DNA of 64,000 bases, from positions 1,920 through 65,919 of the forward strand of contig JBOGRS010000001.1 of NCBI GenBank assembly GCA_050749685.1, read 5' to 3'. Source of the stretch: Thermoplasmata archaeon (GTDB taxonomy: Archaea; Thermoplasmatota; Thermoplasmata; Lutacidiplasmatales; UBA184). The notes beneath the pieces were generated by a model. The model was not told the origin of the DNA. It saw only the letters and a list, made by a program, of their open reading frames with translations, and did no database searches. Positions 53,252 to 62,547 of this stretch are shown piece by piece (positions within the stretch are counted from its first letter, which is position 1; each line of letters opens with the position of its first letter). A program made the position numbers and the translations under genes.

Positions 53252-54385
53252 ATGAAGTCCATCATTCAGGAAGCGATTGCGAAGCACCAGGAGAACCAGG
53301 CGCTGGTCGAGGAGAAGAAGCCGGCCGACGCCCAGTTCGTCAATCCGGACGACGCCGAACTCGCGAAGCTGGCGGAGACCCTCAAGGTCAACATCCGAAT
53401 CGTCGGATGCGGCGGCGGGGGATCCAACACGATCAATCGATGCGTTGAGGAAGGGATCCAGGGCGCCGAAATGTGCGCCATCAACACCGATGCGAAGCAC
53501 CTTCTCACGATCCACGCTCCCCGCAAGATCCTCATCGGGCGCCGCGCCACGAAGGGTCTGGGCGCGGGGGCTCGGCCCGAGATCGGCGAGGAAGCGGCCC
53601 GGGAGAACGAGGAGGAGCTACGCGCCTTCCTCAACGGCGGTCACATCGTCTTCGTCACCGCCGGGATGGGCGGAGGCACCGGGACCGGCTCCGCGCACCT
53701 GGTCGCGCGCCTCGCGAAGGAAGCCGGCGCGCTCACGATGGGCATCGTCACCCTCCCGTTCTCGGGAGAGGGAGCGGCCCGCATGGAGCAGGCCCGTGAC
53801 GGGTTGGAGCGCCTGCGGCGCGTCTGCGACACGACCATCGTCATCCAGAACGACAAGCTCCTCGAACTCGTCCCGCGCATGCCGCTCGACGCGGCGTTCA
53901 AGCTGGCCGACGCGGTCCTGATGACCGCGATCAAGGGCATCACGGAGATCGTCACGAAGCCCGGGCTCGTCAACCTCGACTATGCCGACATCATGACCGT
54001 CATGAAGGACGGCGGCGTCGCCTTGATCGGGCTGGGCGAGAGCGAGAGCGCGACCGACCGGGTGACCGAGGCCGTCACCGAGGCGCTCACCTCCCCGCTC
54101 CTCGGCGCGGTCGAGCTCAAGGACGCCCAGGGCGCGCTCGTGCGCGTCATCGGCGGACCGACGATGACCGTCTCCGAGGCCGAGAAGGCCGCGGCCCTCG
54201 TCGGGGCAAAGATCTCCAAGCGCGCGCGCATCATCTGGGGCTGCTCGGTCGAAAACTCTCCGGACATGGAGAACACCATCAAGGTGCTCCTCATCATCAC
54301 GGGAGTCCGAGCCGCCAGTCTCCTGGGCCAGAAGGGAGGCTACGCTGCCGGTGAGTCCGAGGAAGTCATCGACCTCGTCCGGTAG
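53252..54385 (+). CDS. ftsZ: cell division protein FtsZ
   Basis: 377 aa. VGCGGGGSNTINR, GLGAGARPEIG, FVTAGMGGGTGTGSA, NDKL. Confidence 0.95.
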   Translation: MKSIIQEAIAKHQENQALVEEKKPADAQFVNPDDAELAKLAETLKVNIRIVGCGGGGSNTINRCVEEGIQGAEMCAINTDAKHLLTIHAPRKILIGRRATKGLGAGARPEIGEEAARENEEELRAFLNGGHIVFVTAGMGGGTGTGSAHLVARLAKEAGALTMGIVTLPFSGEGAARMEQARDGLERLRRVCDTTIVIQNDKLLELVPRMPLDAAFKLADAVLMTAIKGITEIVTKPGLVNLDYADIMTVMKDGGVALIGLGESESATDRVTEAVTEALTSPLLGAVELKDAQGALVRVIGGPTMTVSEAEKAAALVGAKISKRARIIWGCSVENSPDMENTIKVLLIITGVRAASLLGQKGGYAAGESEEVIDLVR

Positions 54386-54725
54386 GCCCGTCGCGCTTCG
54401 CCCCCGCTATCTCGCGATCGAGGTGGCGGGGGACCAACCCCTTTCGCCCCGCTACCTCGAAGGGGCCCTCGTCGCGCGGTTGGGCCTGCTCGACGTTCCC
54501 GGGCGCGTCCGGCTCATCCGGGCCGAGGGGAACCGGGCCTTGGTCGAGGTGCCCCACCGGGCGGTCGCGGCCGCACGGATCGCGTGGACCGGGGCGTGGA
54601 CGACGGACCGGGGGGCCCCGCTTGCGACCGTCACGCGCCGCACGTACGGTACCCTCGTCAAAGGGAAGGTCTGGCTCCGGGGCGCCCGGCCCGGATCGTC
54701 CCGTCGGCTCGGCCGGGAGGTTTAA
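54351..54725 (+). CDS. rnp2: RNase P protein component 2 (Pop5/Rpp14 family)
   Basis: LRPRYLAIEVAGD..LSPRYLEGALVARLGLLDVPGRVRLIRAEGNRALVEVPHRAV..ATVTRRTYGTLVKGK follows the Pop5 pattern (RxRYl.fe...; ..G.givrc.h....; .vsGTlkk). The only in-frame start is GTG 54351, overlapping ftsZ by 35 nt. Confidence 0.6.
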   Translation: MSPRKSSTSSGRPVALRPRYLAIEVAGDQPLSPRYLEGALVARLGLLDVPGRVRLIRAEGNRALVEVPHRAVAAARIAWTGAWTTDRGAPLATVTRRTYGTLVKGKVWLRGARPGSSRRLGREV

Positions 54726-54728
54726 GTA
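54721..54728 (+). promoter_or_regulatory. TATA-like box (TTTAAGTA) for the pilin-like gene
   Basis: Overlaps the Pop5 stop codon. TTG 54755 and GTG 54773 lie 27-45 nt downstream. Confidence 0.4.
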
Positions 54729-54772
54729 CGGTGAGCGGGCGTACTCACGGGTGCTTGGGGGAACTGCCGACC

Positions 54773-56314
54773 GTGCTACGCTCCCGCCGTGGCTGGCGTT
54801 TGCGCACCATCCGCCAACGTCGCGGGCGGGCGCGCAAAGGTCAGGTCGCCGCGGTCGCGACCATCCTGGGGCTCCTCATGGTCGTCTCGTTCATCGCGAA
54901 CTACGTCCTGCTCCAGCTGCCGGGCGAGATGTCGACGGTCGAGCTCGAGCATGAGGCCCAGGTCGAGAACCAGCTCTCGCGACTCCAGGCGACGGTCCTC
55001 GCCGAGGCGGCCCATCCGAGCACCCTACTCGCCCTCTCGAGCCCGGTGACCCTCGGCTCGGGATCGAGCCCGCCGTTCGGCCCCCCGACGCCCGGGGCGA
55101 TCTCTCCCGAAGCCGACGCCGTACGCACCTCGGGCGTCTACCAGATCGCCCAGGTGGTGCCCGCGCCGCCCGCGTGGAACCTCGGGTCCTCGTGCGCAAA
55201 CGGCTTCGGCCAACCGTGCGCGGGCAACAGCAACACCTTCTTCTACAACTACTCGGGCAACGGCTCGATCCTCGACATCAAGGTGACCGGCGGGAACAAC
55301 GCCGTCGTCTACAACTTCACGGGGAGCAACGACACGGTGACGATCACCGCGCTCGGGAACTCGGTCCAGAGCCTCATCGTTGTCGTGAACGGCTCGGACG
55401 ACGCCTTCACCTTCGTCAAGGGCGGCTCCACGAACAAGAACCCCGTGGCGAGCTTCATCTTCTTCGGGGAGAGGGACACGATGAGCCTCGACCCCAGCAG
55501 CGCGATAAACGGGAACATCGCGATCACCGTGGCGTTCGTCGGGACCCTCTCCCAGCTCTGCCCCTACGGCAACCTCTCGAACACCGACCGGATGAGGTCG
55601 AACGGGACCGCGGGAAATAGCGGGCTCACCGTCAACGTCTCGTGGTGGAACGCCGTGGGGTACGTCTCCCCGCGCCATGTCATGACCTATCCGGGCGGGA
55701 TCTCGTCCCAGACGATCGGCTTCCAGAACGAGACCGGCTACGTTCAGTGCGCCTTCACGAAGTCGTACCCCTCTACCTACACCACTCTCCATGAGGGCGG
55801 GCTGGTCGTGCACCTCTACAACCGCTACCAGCCGGGGGCCGACGTCGTCTACGAGGACGGCGCGATCATCCTCGCACAGCAGGGGGGCTCGGGCGTCATG
55901 CTGAGCCCGCCTCCGTTCACGACGGCCTCCTCCCCCTCCGGGCTGAGCGCGAAGTTCACGCTCGTGAACCTCCTCTCCGGTTTCGCGAGCCAGTCCGGGG
56001 TGACGACGGCCGCCGTCACCTCCCAGCTCCTTGCCGTCCATACGGTCTCGATCCACAGCGGCGTCGGAGGGTTCTTCCTCTCGAGCCCGTTCTTCATCAA
56101 CGTCACGACCCTCTACCCGACGGCGTGGCTCTCCTACTTCACAAGCCACGGCCAGCTCTTCCCGGGGGGCGCGAGCTGCGTGCCCATCTCGGTGATCCCG
56201 GCACCGTACACCTGCCTCAACCCCCCGCCGGGCATCGCGGTGAACATCGACTCCGCGGTCGTCGCCCAGTCGATCACGGTGACGGAGATCACCGCGACGC
56301 TCGGCCTCGACTAG
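54773..56314 (+). CDS. secreted/surface protein with class III (type IV pilin-like) signal peptide, sequon-rich
   Basis: N-terminus (M)LRSRRGWRLRTIRQRRGRARKGQVAAVATILGLLMVVSFIANYVLL has a basic n-region, KG|Q, then a hydrophobic helix. The mature part is Asn/Ser/Thr/Gly-rich with at least ten N-x-S/T sequons (NYS, NGS, NFT, NDT, NGS, NLS, NGT, NVS, NET, NVT). Start is GTG 54773 or TTG 54755. Confidence 0.65.
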   Translation: MLRSRRGWRLRTIRQRRGRARKGQVAAVATILGLLMVVSFIANYVLLQLPGEMSTVELEHEAQVENQLSRLQATVLAEAAHPSTLLALSSPVTLGSGSSPPFGPPTPGAISPEADAVRTSGVYQIAQVVPAPPAWNLGSSCANGFGQPCAGNSNTFFYNYSGNGSILDIKVTGGNNAVVYNFTGSNDTVTITALGNSVQSLIVVVNGSDDAFTFVKGGSTNKNPVASFIFFGERDTMSLDPSSAINGNIAITVAFVGTLSQLCPYGNLSNTDRMRSNGTAGNSGLTVNVSWWNAVGYVSPRHVMTYPGGISSQTIGFQNETGYVQCAFTKSYPSTYTTLHEGGLVVHLYNRYQPGADVVYEDGAIILAQQGGSGVMLSPPPFTTASSPSGLSAKFTLVNLLSGFASQSGVTTAAVTSQLLAVHTVSIHSGVGGFFLSSPFFINVTTLYPTAWLSYFTSHGQLFPGGASCVPISVIPAPYTCLNPPPGIAVNIDSAVVAQSITVTEITATLGLD

Positions 56315-56345
56315 CGGGCGCAATCGCGGCGACGACACCGTTATC

Positions 56346-57953
56346 TTGCCTCGCCCCTCCCGGTCAAGGGTACCGGTAGTGGCTCCGTCGGGCGACGGTC
56401 GGGTCACGGTCCGGCGGTCTCTTCTTTCCGTCGACGACAAGCGCGGACTGGCCGACCTGGGTCAGGCGCTCCTCCGCCACCGCGTCGAGGTCCTGGCCAC
56501 CCAGAGCACCCGCCGCTTCCTCGAATCCCAGGGCATCCCGACCCGACCGGCCGAGGAGCTCACGGGCATCGGGAGCTGGTTCGGGGGCCGGATCAAGACG
56601 CTCCACCCGGGAATCCTCGGCGGTATCCTCGCTCCCCGCACTCCGGACGGAGCGGCCGAGCTCGAGCAACGCCGGCTGCTGCCGATCGACCTCGTGGTCG
56701 CGAATCTCTACCCCTACGCCCGCCACCTCGCCGAGGACCCCCGGGCCGACGATCGCGAGGAGTACATCGACATCGGGGGGTCGACCCTCCTGCGCGCGGC
56801 CGCCAAGAACCACGCCGCGGTGACCGTGGCGAGCGACCCGTCGGAGTACGGCGAGATCATCGCCGAGCTCGACGCCTACGATGGCGGGACCACGGCCGCC
56901 CTCAGGGAACGCCTCGCCGTCGCGGCGTTCCGTCGCACGGCCCTCTACGACGACACGATCGCGCGTACCCTCCTCCTGGGCCCGTCGACCGGGGAGGGAA
57001 GCGACCCTTTTCCCGAGGAGATCGTCTTCGCGCGTGATGCGACGAGACTCCGCTACGGGGAGAACCCCCACCAGTCGGCCGCCGCCTACCGGCTCACGTC
57101 CCCGCCCGACGCGATGCCGCGGCTCGACGTGGAGGTCGTGAAGGGTCCGTCCCTCTCCTTCACGAACCTCCTCGACCTCGAGACCGCCCTCGGTACGGTC
57201 GCCGAGTTCCCGACGCCCAGCGCCGCGGTCGTGAAGCACGCGACGCCCTGCGGCGTCGCTTCGGGCGCGACGCTCGGAGAGGCGATCGAGAGGGCGGTCG
57301 CCACCGACCCCATCGCCCGCTACGGCTGCGTGATCGCGGTCAATCGCCCCCTCGCACCGGGGGACGAGTCCGCGCTGCGCGGAGTGTTCGTCGACCTCAT
57401 CGCGGCGCCCGACATCCCGTCGGAGGTCGCCGTGGCGTTCGAGCGACGCCCGAAGCTCAAGGTCGTGCGTGCCGCCCCGCCCCCGCTCGACCGTCCCCGG
57501 TGGGAGGCGCATAGCGCGGCGGGCCGTCTCCTCCTCCAGGAGGCCGACCGGCGCGAGCTCGTGCCCTCCGATTTCCGCGCCGTCACGTCCTCCACGGCGT
57601 CCGGGACCGAGGCCTGCTCGCTCGATTTCGCCTGGCGGGTCGTGCGTCACGCCAAGTCGAACGCCGTCGTGCTCGCCCAGGGCTCGACGACCGTCGGGAT
57701 CGGCTCCGGTCAGCCGACGCGCGTCAAGGCCGTCGAGCTCGCGGTCGAGGTCGCGGGTGCGAGGGCGAAGGGTGCGGTCCTCGCGTCGGACGCGTTCTTC
57801 CCCTTTCCGGACGGTGTCGAGATCGCCGGAGCGGCCGGGGTGCGCGCCATCCTCCAGCCCGGAGGCAGCGTGCGCGATGCCGAGGTGATCGCGGTCGCCG
57901 AGAAGTTCGGGATCGCGATGTACTTCACCGGCTGGCGCGTCTTCCGTCACTGA
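56346..57953 (+). CDS. purH: bifunctional AICAR transformylase / IMP cyclohydrolase
   Basis: LLSVDDKRGLADLGQAL, GGRIKTLHPGILGGIL, ENPHQ.AA.Y, KH..PCG, GSGQ.RV..., QPGGS.RD. TTG 56346 or GTG 56379 could be the start. Confidence 0.85.
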   Translation: MPRPSRSRVPVVAPSGDGRVTVRRSLLSVDDKRGLADLGQALLRHRVEVLATQSTRRFLESQGIPTRPAEELTGIGSWFGGRIKTLHPGILGGILAPRTPDGAAELEQRRLLPIDLVVANLYPYARHLAEDPRADDREEYIDIGGSTLLRAAAKNHAAVTVASDPSEYGEIIAELDAYDGGTTAALRERLAVAAFRRTALYDDTIARTLLLGPSTGEGSDPFPEEIVFARDATRLRYGENPHQSAAAYRLTSPPDAMPRLDVEVVKGPSLSFTNLLDLETALGTVAEFPTPSAAVVKHATPCGVASGATLGEAIERAVATDPIARYGCVIAVNRPLAPGDESALRGVFVDLIAAPDIPSEVAVAFERRPKLKVVRAAPPPLDRPRWEAHSAAGRLLLQEADRRELVPSDFRAVTSSTASGTEACSLDFAWRVVRHAKSNAVVLAQGSTTVGIGSGQPTRVKAVELAVEVAGARAKGAVLASDAFFPFPDGVEIAGAAGVRAILQPGGSVRDAEVIAVAEKFGIAMYFTGWRVFRH

Positions 57954-57964
57954 GGTGGGCCGAC

Positions 57965-58813
57965 TCACCCTACGGGCGTCCCGCCGTCGCCGTCGGACGC
58001 GGGACGAGGAGGCGCAAGCTCGAGCGCCCGGCGTACGATCGGCCCGGCCGCCAGACCGAGGAGGCGTCCCGCGCCCCACACGAGCGGTACCGACACCCTT
58101 CGGCGGGGGCGGTGGAGCGCCCCCACGACCGCCGATGCCACCGTCTCGGGCTCGAGCACGAAGCGGGGGTGGTCCCGATGGAGGCGTTCGAGGGGCGCCT
58201 CGACGTCGCCGGGGCGCCGGCCGAGGTCCGTGCGCACGAAGATCGGCTCGACGACGGTAGAACGCACGCCGCGCCGGCGCACTTCGAGGTCGAGACCGAA
58301 GGAGAAGGCGCGCAGCGCGGACTTCGTCGCGGAGTAGACGAGGAGCCGACGGGCGGGGAAGTCCGCGGCGCCGCTCCCGAGGTGGATGAATCGGCCCCGC
58401 CCGCGCTCGAGCATCTTCGGCAGGAGCGCGTGCGTGAGGCGCATCGGTCCCAGCAGGTTGACCTCCACCTGGTGATCGAGGTCGTCGCGCGCGAGGCGCT
58501 CGAAGCGATGGGCGTGAGCGATGCCCGCGTTGTTCACGAGCGCGAACGGGACCCGCCCGTCGCGCTCGACGTGGGCAATCAGCTGATCGGGGGCCCGAGG
58601 GTCGGCGACGTCGAGCGCCAGCGTCGCGACCGTCGCACCTTGGTCGCGAAGAACCTGCGCCACGGATCCGAGAGCGGCCGGCGCGCGCGCCACGAGCAGG
58701 AGGTGAAGGCTCTCGCGGGCCAGCGCGACGCTCACCGCCCGGCCGATCCCGCGCGACGCCCCGGTGACGACGACGAGCTCCCCGGCGAGGGAATCGTTCG
58801 GTCGAGCGGCCAT
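57965..58813 (-). CDS. short-chain dehydrogenase/reductase (SDR)
   Basis: VVVTGASRGIGRA, NNAG, YSATK. Confidence 0.8.
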   Translation of the reverse strand: MAARPNDSLAGELVVVTGASRGIGRAVSVALARESLHLLLVARAPAALGSVAQVLRDQGATVATLALDVADPRAPDQLIAHVERDGRVPFALVNNAGIAHAHRFERLARDDLDHQVEVNLLGPMRLTHALLPKMLERGRGRFIHLGSGAADFPARRLLVYSATKSALRAFSFGLDLEVRRRGVRSTVVEPIFVRTDLGRRPGDVEAPLERLHRDHPRFVLEPETVASAVVGALHRPRRRVSVPLVWGAGRLLGLAAGPIVRRALELAPPRPASDGDGGTPVG

Positions 58814-58832
58814 CGTCCGAGGCGAGAGAACG

Positions 58833-59174
58833 TCAGGCGAAGGCGAAGTGACGGCGCAGGATCGTGCGGAACTCGGTGGGTCCGACCGGGCCGATCTCCC
58901 GTCCCTTCTCGCGTCCGCGCTCGACGAAGAGGTACGTCGGGATCGAGTGGATCCCGAAGCTTCGCGTGACGCTGTCCGACTCGTCGACGTTCACCTTCGT
59001 GAACTTGACGCGCCCCACGAGACTCTCGGAGAGCTCTCGGAGGACCGGCTCGGCGGTGCGGCACGGCGCGCACCAGTCCGCGTAGAAGTCCACGACCACG
59101 GGCAGGGTGCTTCGGATCACCTCGCGATCGAACGTCGCGTCCGTCACGAGCATGACCTTGGGATCCTCCGTCAT
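58833..59174 (-). CDS. trxA: thioredoxin
   Basis: 113 aa. VVVDFYADWCAPCR, KVNVDE, SIPT. Confidence 0.85.
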   Translation of the reverse strand: MTEDPKVMLVTDATFDREVIRSTLPVVVDFYADWCAPCRTAEPVLRELSESLVGRVKFTKVNVDESDSVTRSFGIHSIPTYLFVERGREKGREIGPVGPTEFRTILRRHFAFA

Positions 59175-59209
59175 CCACTTCCCCCGGACGGTTCGAACCC
59201 CGCGTTGCC

Positions 59210-59215
59210 TTTAAT
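59210..59215 (+). promoter_or_regulatory. TATA-like box (TTTAAT) upstream of mutY
   Basis: 26-31 nt upstream of GTG 59241, in the divergent trx/mutY spacer. Confidence 0.35.
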
Positions 59216-59240
59216 CCTATCCTCGTTGCGGTCGACCCAC

Positions 59241-60368
59241 GTGGCGCGAAGCGACGTCGCCCGTTCCTCCCACCGTACGGTCCGACGGGCGGCGATCGCC
59301 CCTCGACTGATCGGGTGGTACCGGCGCTCCCATCGACCCTGGCCGTGGCGCCGCGACCGCGACCCGTACAGGGTCTGGGTCGCCGAGGTGATCCTCCAAC
59401 AGACGCGGGTCGCGCAGGCCGCTCCGTACTTCGTCCGGTTCCTGGAACGGTTCCCGACGGTCCGCGACCTCGCCCGCGCGCGCGAGGAGGAGGTCCTCAA
59501 GGTCTGGGAAGGGGCCGGATACTACGCCCGCGCCCGTCGGCTCCACGAGGCGGCACGCCGTCTGGTCGACCGATGGAACGCGAGACTGCCCGAGCGCGTG
59601 GAGGACCTCGAAGAGCTCCCGGGCGTGGGACCCTACATCGCCCGCGCCGTCGCGTCGATCGCCTACGGTGTGCCGGTCCTCGCGCTCGACGCGAACGGCC
59701 GACGGGTCGCGGCCCGGCTCCTCGCCGACGGGACCGACCCGTGGACGTCCGCCGGCCACGCACGCCTCGCGGAATTCCTCGACGGCGAGCGACCGGCACG
59801 TTCGAGCGGGGAGTTCAACGAAGCCGTGATGGAGTTGGGGGAGACCGTCTGCCTCCCGCGGAGGCCGCGGTGCGGGGTCTGTCCCCTCTCCGACGTGTGC
59901 CGAGGTCGGTGGCTGGACGATCCCGGATCGATCCCTGCGCGCCGGCCCCGGACGCGGCCCCATGTCGTCGCCGCGATCCTGGCCGTCGCCCACCACGGCC
60001 GATGGCTCCTCCAGCGCCGTCCGCCGAATGGACTGCTGGGCGGACTCTGGGAACTTCCGGGAGGCAAGGTGCGTTCTCACGAGACCCCGCGCGCCGCCGC
60101 CGCGCGCGAAAGCCGCGAGGAATTGGGGTGGGTGCCCCGGCATCTCCGGAAGATCGGAACGGTCCACCACGGGTACAGCCACTTCACCGTCGACCTGCAT
60201 CTCTTCGCGGCGTTCCCGACGAAGCGACCTTCCTCGGGTCGGTGGCACGGGACCCCCCGTCGGTGGGTCACCCTCCCGGAGCTCGAGAAGCTCCCCATCC
60301 CTCGAGCTACGCGGAAGATGGTCCCGCTGCTGGCCGCCCAGCAGGGTAGAGCTTCCCGGGGTTCATGA
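59241..60368 (+). CDS. mutY: A/G-specific adenine DNA glycosylase (MutY family) with C-terminal NUDIX-like domain
   Basis: PYRVWVAEVILQQTRV, LPGVGPYIARAVASIAYG, Fe-S loop CLPRRPRCGVCPLSDVC (C-x6-C-x2-C-x5-C), then GLLGGLWELPGG (MutT-like domain). Confidence 0.8.
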   Translation: MARSDVARSSHRTVRRAAIAPRLIGWYRRSHRPWPWRRDRDPYRVWVAEVILQQTRVAQAAPYFVRFLERFPTVRDLARAREEEVLKVWEGAGYYARARRLHEAARRLVDRWNARLPERVEDLEELPGVGPYIARAVASIAYGVPVLALDANGRRVAARLLADGTDPWTSAGHARLAEFLDGERPARSSGEFNEAVMELGETVCLPRRPRCGVCPLSDVCRGRWLDDPGSIPARRPRTRPHVVAAILAVAHHGRWLLQRRPPNGLLGGLWELPGGKVRSHETPRAAAARESREELGWVPRHLRKIGTVHHGYSHFTVDLHLFAAFPTKRPSSGRWHGTPRRWVTLPELEKLPIPRATRKMVPLLAAQQGRASRGS

Positions 60369-61707
60369 TCCCGTCCGGGTCGCACGCCCGCTTGACCGCG
60401 TCCATCCACGCGATCGCGGCCGGGGGGTGTTCGACGAGCATCACCTCCCGCTTGAGGAGCCCCACGCCGTGCTCGGCGACGACCGTGCCTCCGAGCGCCC
60501 AGACGCCTTCCCAGAGGGCCCGACGTAGCCGGTCGGCGTCCGCCCCCGCCGGATCGACGCCGAAGTTCGGATGCAGGTGGCCATCCCCCAGGTGGCCGTA
60601 GACCCATACGGGAACGTGGTGCGCCTCCGCGACCCGGTGGACGAGACGGAAGAGCTCGGGGAGGCGCTCGAGCGGGACCGCGACGTCCTCGCGGACGCGC
60701 CATCCCACCTCCTCATCGAGGACCGCACCGCTCTGGCCCCGAAGGTCCCAAAGCTCGTCGGCCTCGGGAACGACGGTCGCGTCCTCGCGCACTCCCGAGT
60801 CCGTGAGGATCGTCCCGACGGCCCGAAGGTCCGCTTCCTCGCGGTCCGTCGTCGATTCAACCTCGAGGAGGACCCACGGACCGTCGGGGGCGAGTCGACG
60901 ATGGGCGGAGCGTACGAGGGCGGCGGCCGCCGCGCGGTCGACATACTCGATCGCGGCGAGGCGCGGTCCGCCGCGCGCCGTATCGGCCCGGAGCGCGAGG
61001 TCGGCCGCCCGTGCCTCGTCGCCCACCGGGACGATGAGCGCGATACGCCGGGACGGCACCGGGGCGAGGTGCACGACGACCTCGGTCACGATCCCGAGGG
61101 TCCCCTCGCTCCCCACCAGGTATCCCACCGGGTCGGGACCGGCGGAGCGCTTGCGGGCCGCCGTTCCGACGCGGACGACCTCTCCGGTACCCAGGACCAC
61201 GGTGAGCCCGCAGGTCCACGCCCGCGTCGGGCCGTAGCGGTACGATCGGGGTCCGGAAGCGTTCGTCCCGACGTTCCCGCCGATCGTCGTGCTGCCCCAC
61301 GAGCCCGGATTCGGCGGAAAGAAGAGACCCCACCGGGCCGCGGCCCTCTGGAGGTCGCGATTGATCACGCCCGGCCCGACGCGAGCGCGCCGCTCCACCG
61401 GGTCGATCTCGATGGGTGCGGTCCATTCCGACATGTCCACCACGACGGCGCCGTCCACGGGAACGGACTCGCCGTCGAGCGACGTCCCCCCTCCCCGGGG
61501 GAGGAGCGGCACCTGGTACCTCCGCGCCCATGCCACGATGTTCGTCACATCGGCGACCCCCTGGGGCCGGACCGCGGCGCACGGCACGCCGCGGAGGTGG
61601 GAAGCGTCCCCCTGCCATTGAGTGAGACGCGCCGGATCGTCGACGATCGACCCGGCGAACGAACGTCGCAACTCGGCGATCGCGGTCGTCGGCGGGAGGA
61701 GGACCAT
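60307..61707 (-). CDS. FAD-linked oxidase (GlcD / D-lactate dehydrogenase family)
   Basis: ATG 61707 (MVLLPPTTAIAELR..), 466 aa. LLPRGGGTSLDGESVP, GVINRDL, GSEGTLGIVTE, GHLGDGHLHPN, AEHGVGL.K, DP.GIMNPGK. The 3' end overlaps mutY convergently by 62 nt. Confidence 0.8.
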   Translation of the reverse strand: MVLLPPTTAIAELRRSFAGSIVDDPARLTQWQGDASHLRGVPCAAVRPQGVADVTNIVAWARRYQVPLLPRGGGTSLDGESVPVDGAVVVDMSEWTAPIEIDPVERRARVGPGVINRDLQRAAARWGLFFPPNPGSWGSTTIGGNVGTNASGPRSYRYGPTRAWTCGLTVVLGTGEVVRVGTAARKRSAGPDPVGYLVGSEGTLGIVTEVVVHLAPVPSRRIALIVPVGDEARAADLALRADTARGGPRLAAIEYVDRAAAAALVRSAHRRLAPDGPWVLLEVESTTDREEADLRAVGTILTDSGVREDATVVPEADELWDLRGQSGAVLDEEVGWRVREDVAVPLERLPELFRLVHRVAEAHHVPVWVYGHLGDGHLHPNFGVDPAGADADRLRRALWEGVWALGGTVVAEHGVGLLKREVMLVEHPPAAIAWMDAVKRACDPDGIMNPGKLYPAGRPAAGPSSA

Positions 61708-61730
61708 ATCCCCCCAAGGTGCGGGAGCGT

Positions 61731-62141
61731 TTACGTCTGCGAGTACGGGGGCAGTGACGCGCCCGGGCCCGCGGGCGACTCCAGGAGGGAGGCCGGCGCT
61801 ACCGCCTCGATGAGCTCGTGGACCGCGAACGGGCGGCGGACGAGCGCCGCGATGCCGGCCTCTCGCGCCAGTTCCTCGACGCGGGCCCCCCGGCTCGGCG
61901 TCAGGAGGACGGCGCGCAGTCCCGGATGGTGACGGAGGGCGATCCGCACCGCGTCCCGCCACGCCGGCTCCTCGAGGTTGACGTCGAGCACGAGGACGTC
62001 GGGCGGGGGAGAATCCGGCATGCGTTCGAGGTACGCCTCGTTGGCCCCCTCGCCTAAGACCCGTTGTCGATGCAACCGAAGCAATCCCCGTAGGAGGAGA
62101 CGGGTCTCCTCGCTGCCCCCGACGATAATGACGTTCGTCAT
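61731..62141 (-). CDS. stand-alone CheY-like receiver domain protein
   Basis: ATG 62141 (MTNVIIVGGSEETRLLL..DVLVLDVNL..AVLLTPS..ALVRRPF), 136 aa. The acceptor Asp context is present. The acidic pair is EE and the conserved Lys position reads Arg. Confidence 0.65.
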   Translation of the reverse strand: MTNVIIVGGSEETRLLLRGLLRLHRQRVLGEGANEAYLERMPDSPPPDVLVLDVNLEEPAWRDAVRIALRHHPGLRAVLLTPSRGARVEELAREAGIAALVRRPFAVHELIEAVAPASLLESPAGPGASLPPYSQT

Positions 62142-62547
62142 ACGTTGGCCCGGACCTCCGCCGTCCGTGCGTCCTGCCCCTTCTCCCACCCGGCGGGAGT
62201 CCGTCCGGGATCGACTCCCGGACGGCTGGGCAGCGCTCCGAACGACGTTAGTAGGCGCTTCTCCTCGCTCCAACTGAGCGGGGGGGGTATAACCAACTTG
62301 TCGTGGAAAGGATTTGACCGTCTCACGCCTACCGGACGGCGAGACCGTGGCGGATTCGGGGCACGTTCCACCTTCCGGGGGGGTAAGAAACTATATAGTC
62401 TTGCCCGGACATACTGCTTTTGGCCTCGGGCGTCGGGCGTGCGACCGCAGGGTGGCATCGTCCACAGGACCCTGCGCGCACGACCGGCGCCTTCCCTTTC
62501 CATTGCGCCGATAGGTTCTTTTGCCCACGACCGGGTCCCCAGCCTCG

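Noticed and set aside
56364-58079. 571-aa minus-strand ORF
   Set aside because: It is antisense to purH and has no motifs.
60307-60368. 62-nt convergent overlap of the mutY and glcD-like 3' ends
   Set aside because: Both tails extend beyond their conserved cores, and such overlaps arise easily in stop-codon-poor GC-rich DNA. No functional claim is made.
62340-62390. Minus-strand CCGGAAGGTGGAACGTGCC resembles the CCGGAAGG..AGCA core of SRP RNA helix 8
   Set aside because: The AGCA/symmetric-loop elements and the long flanking helices of a ~300-nt 7S RNA are not present. The resemblance is limited to 8 nt.
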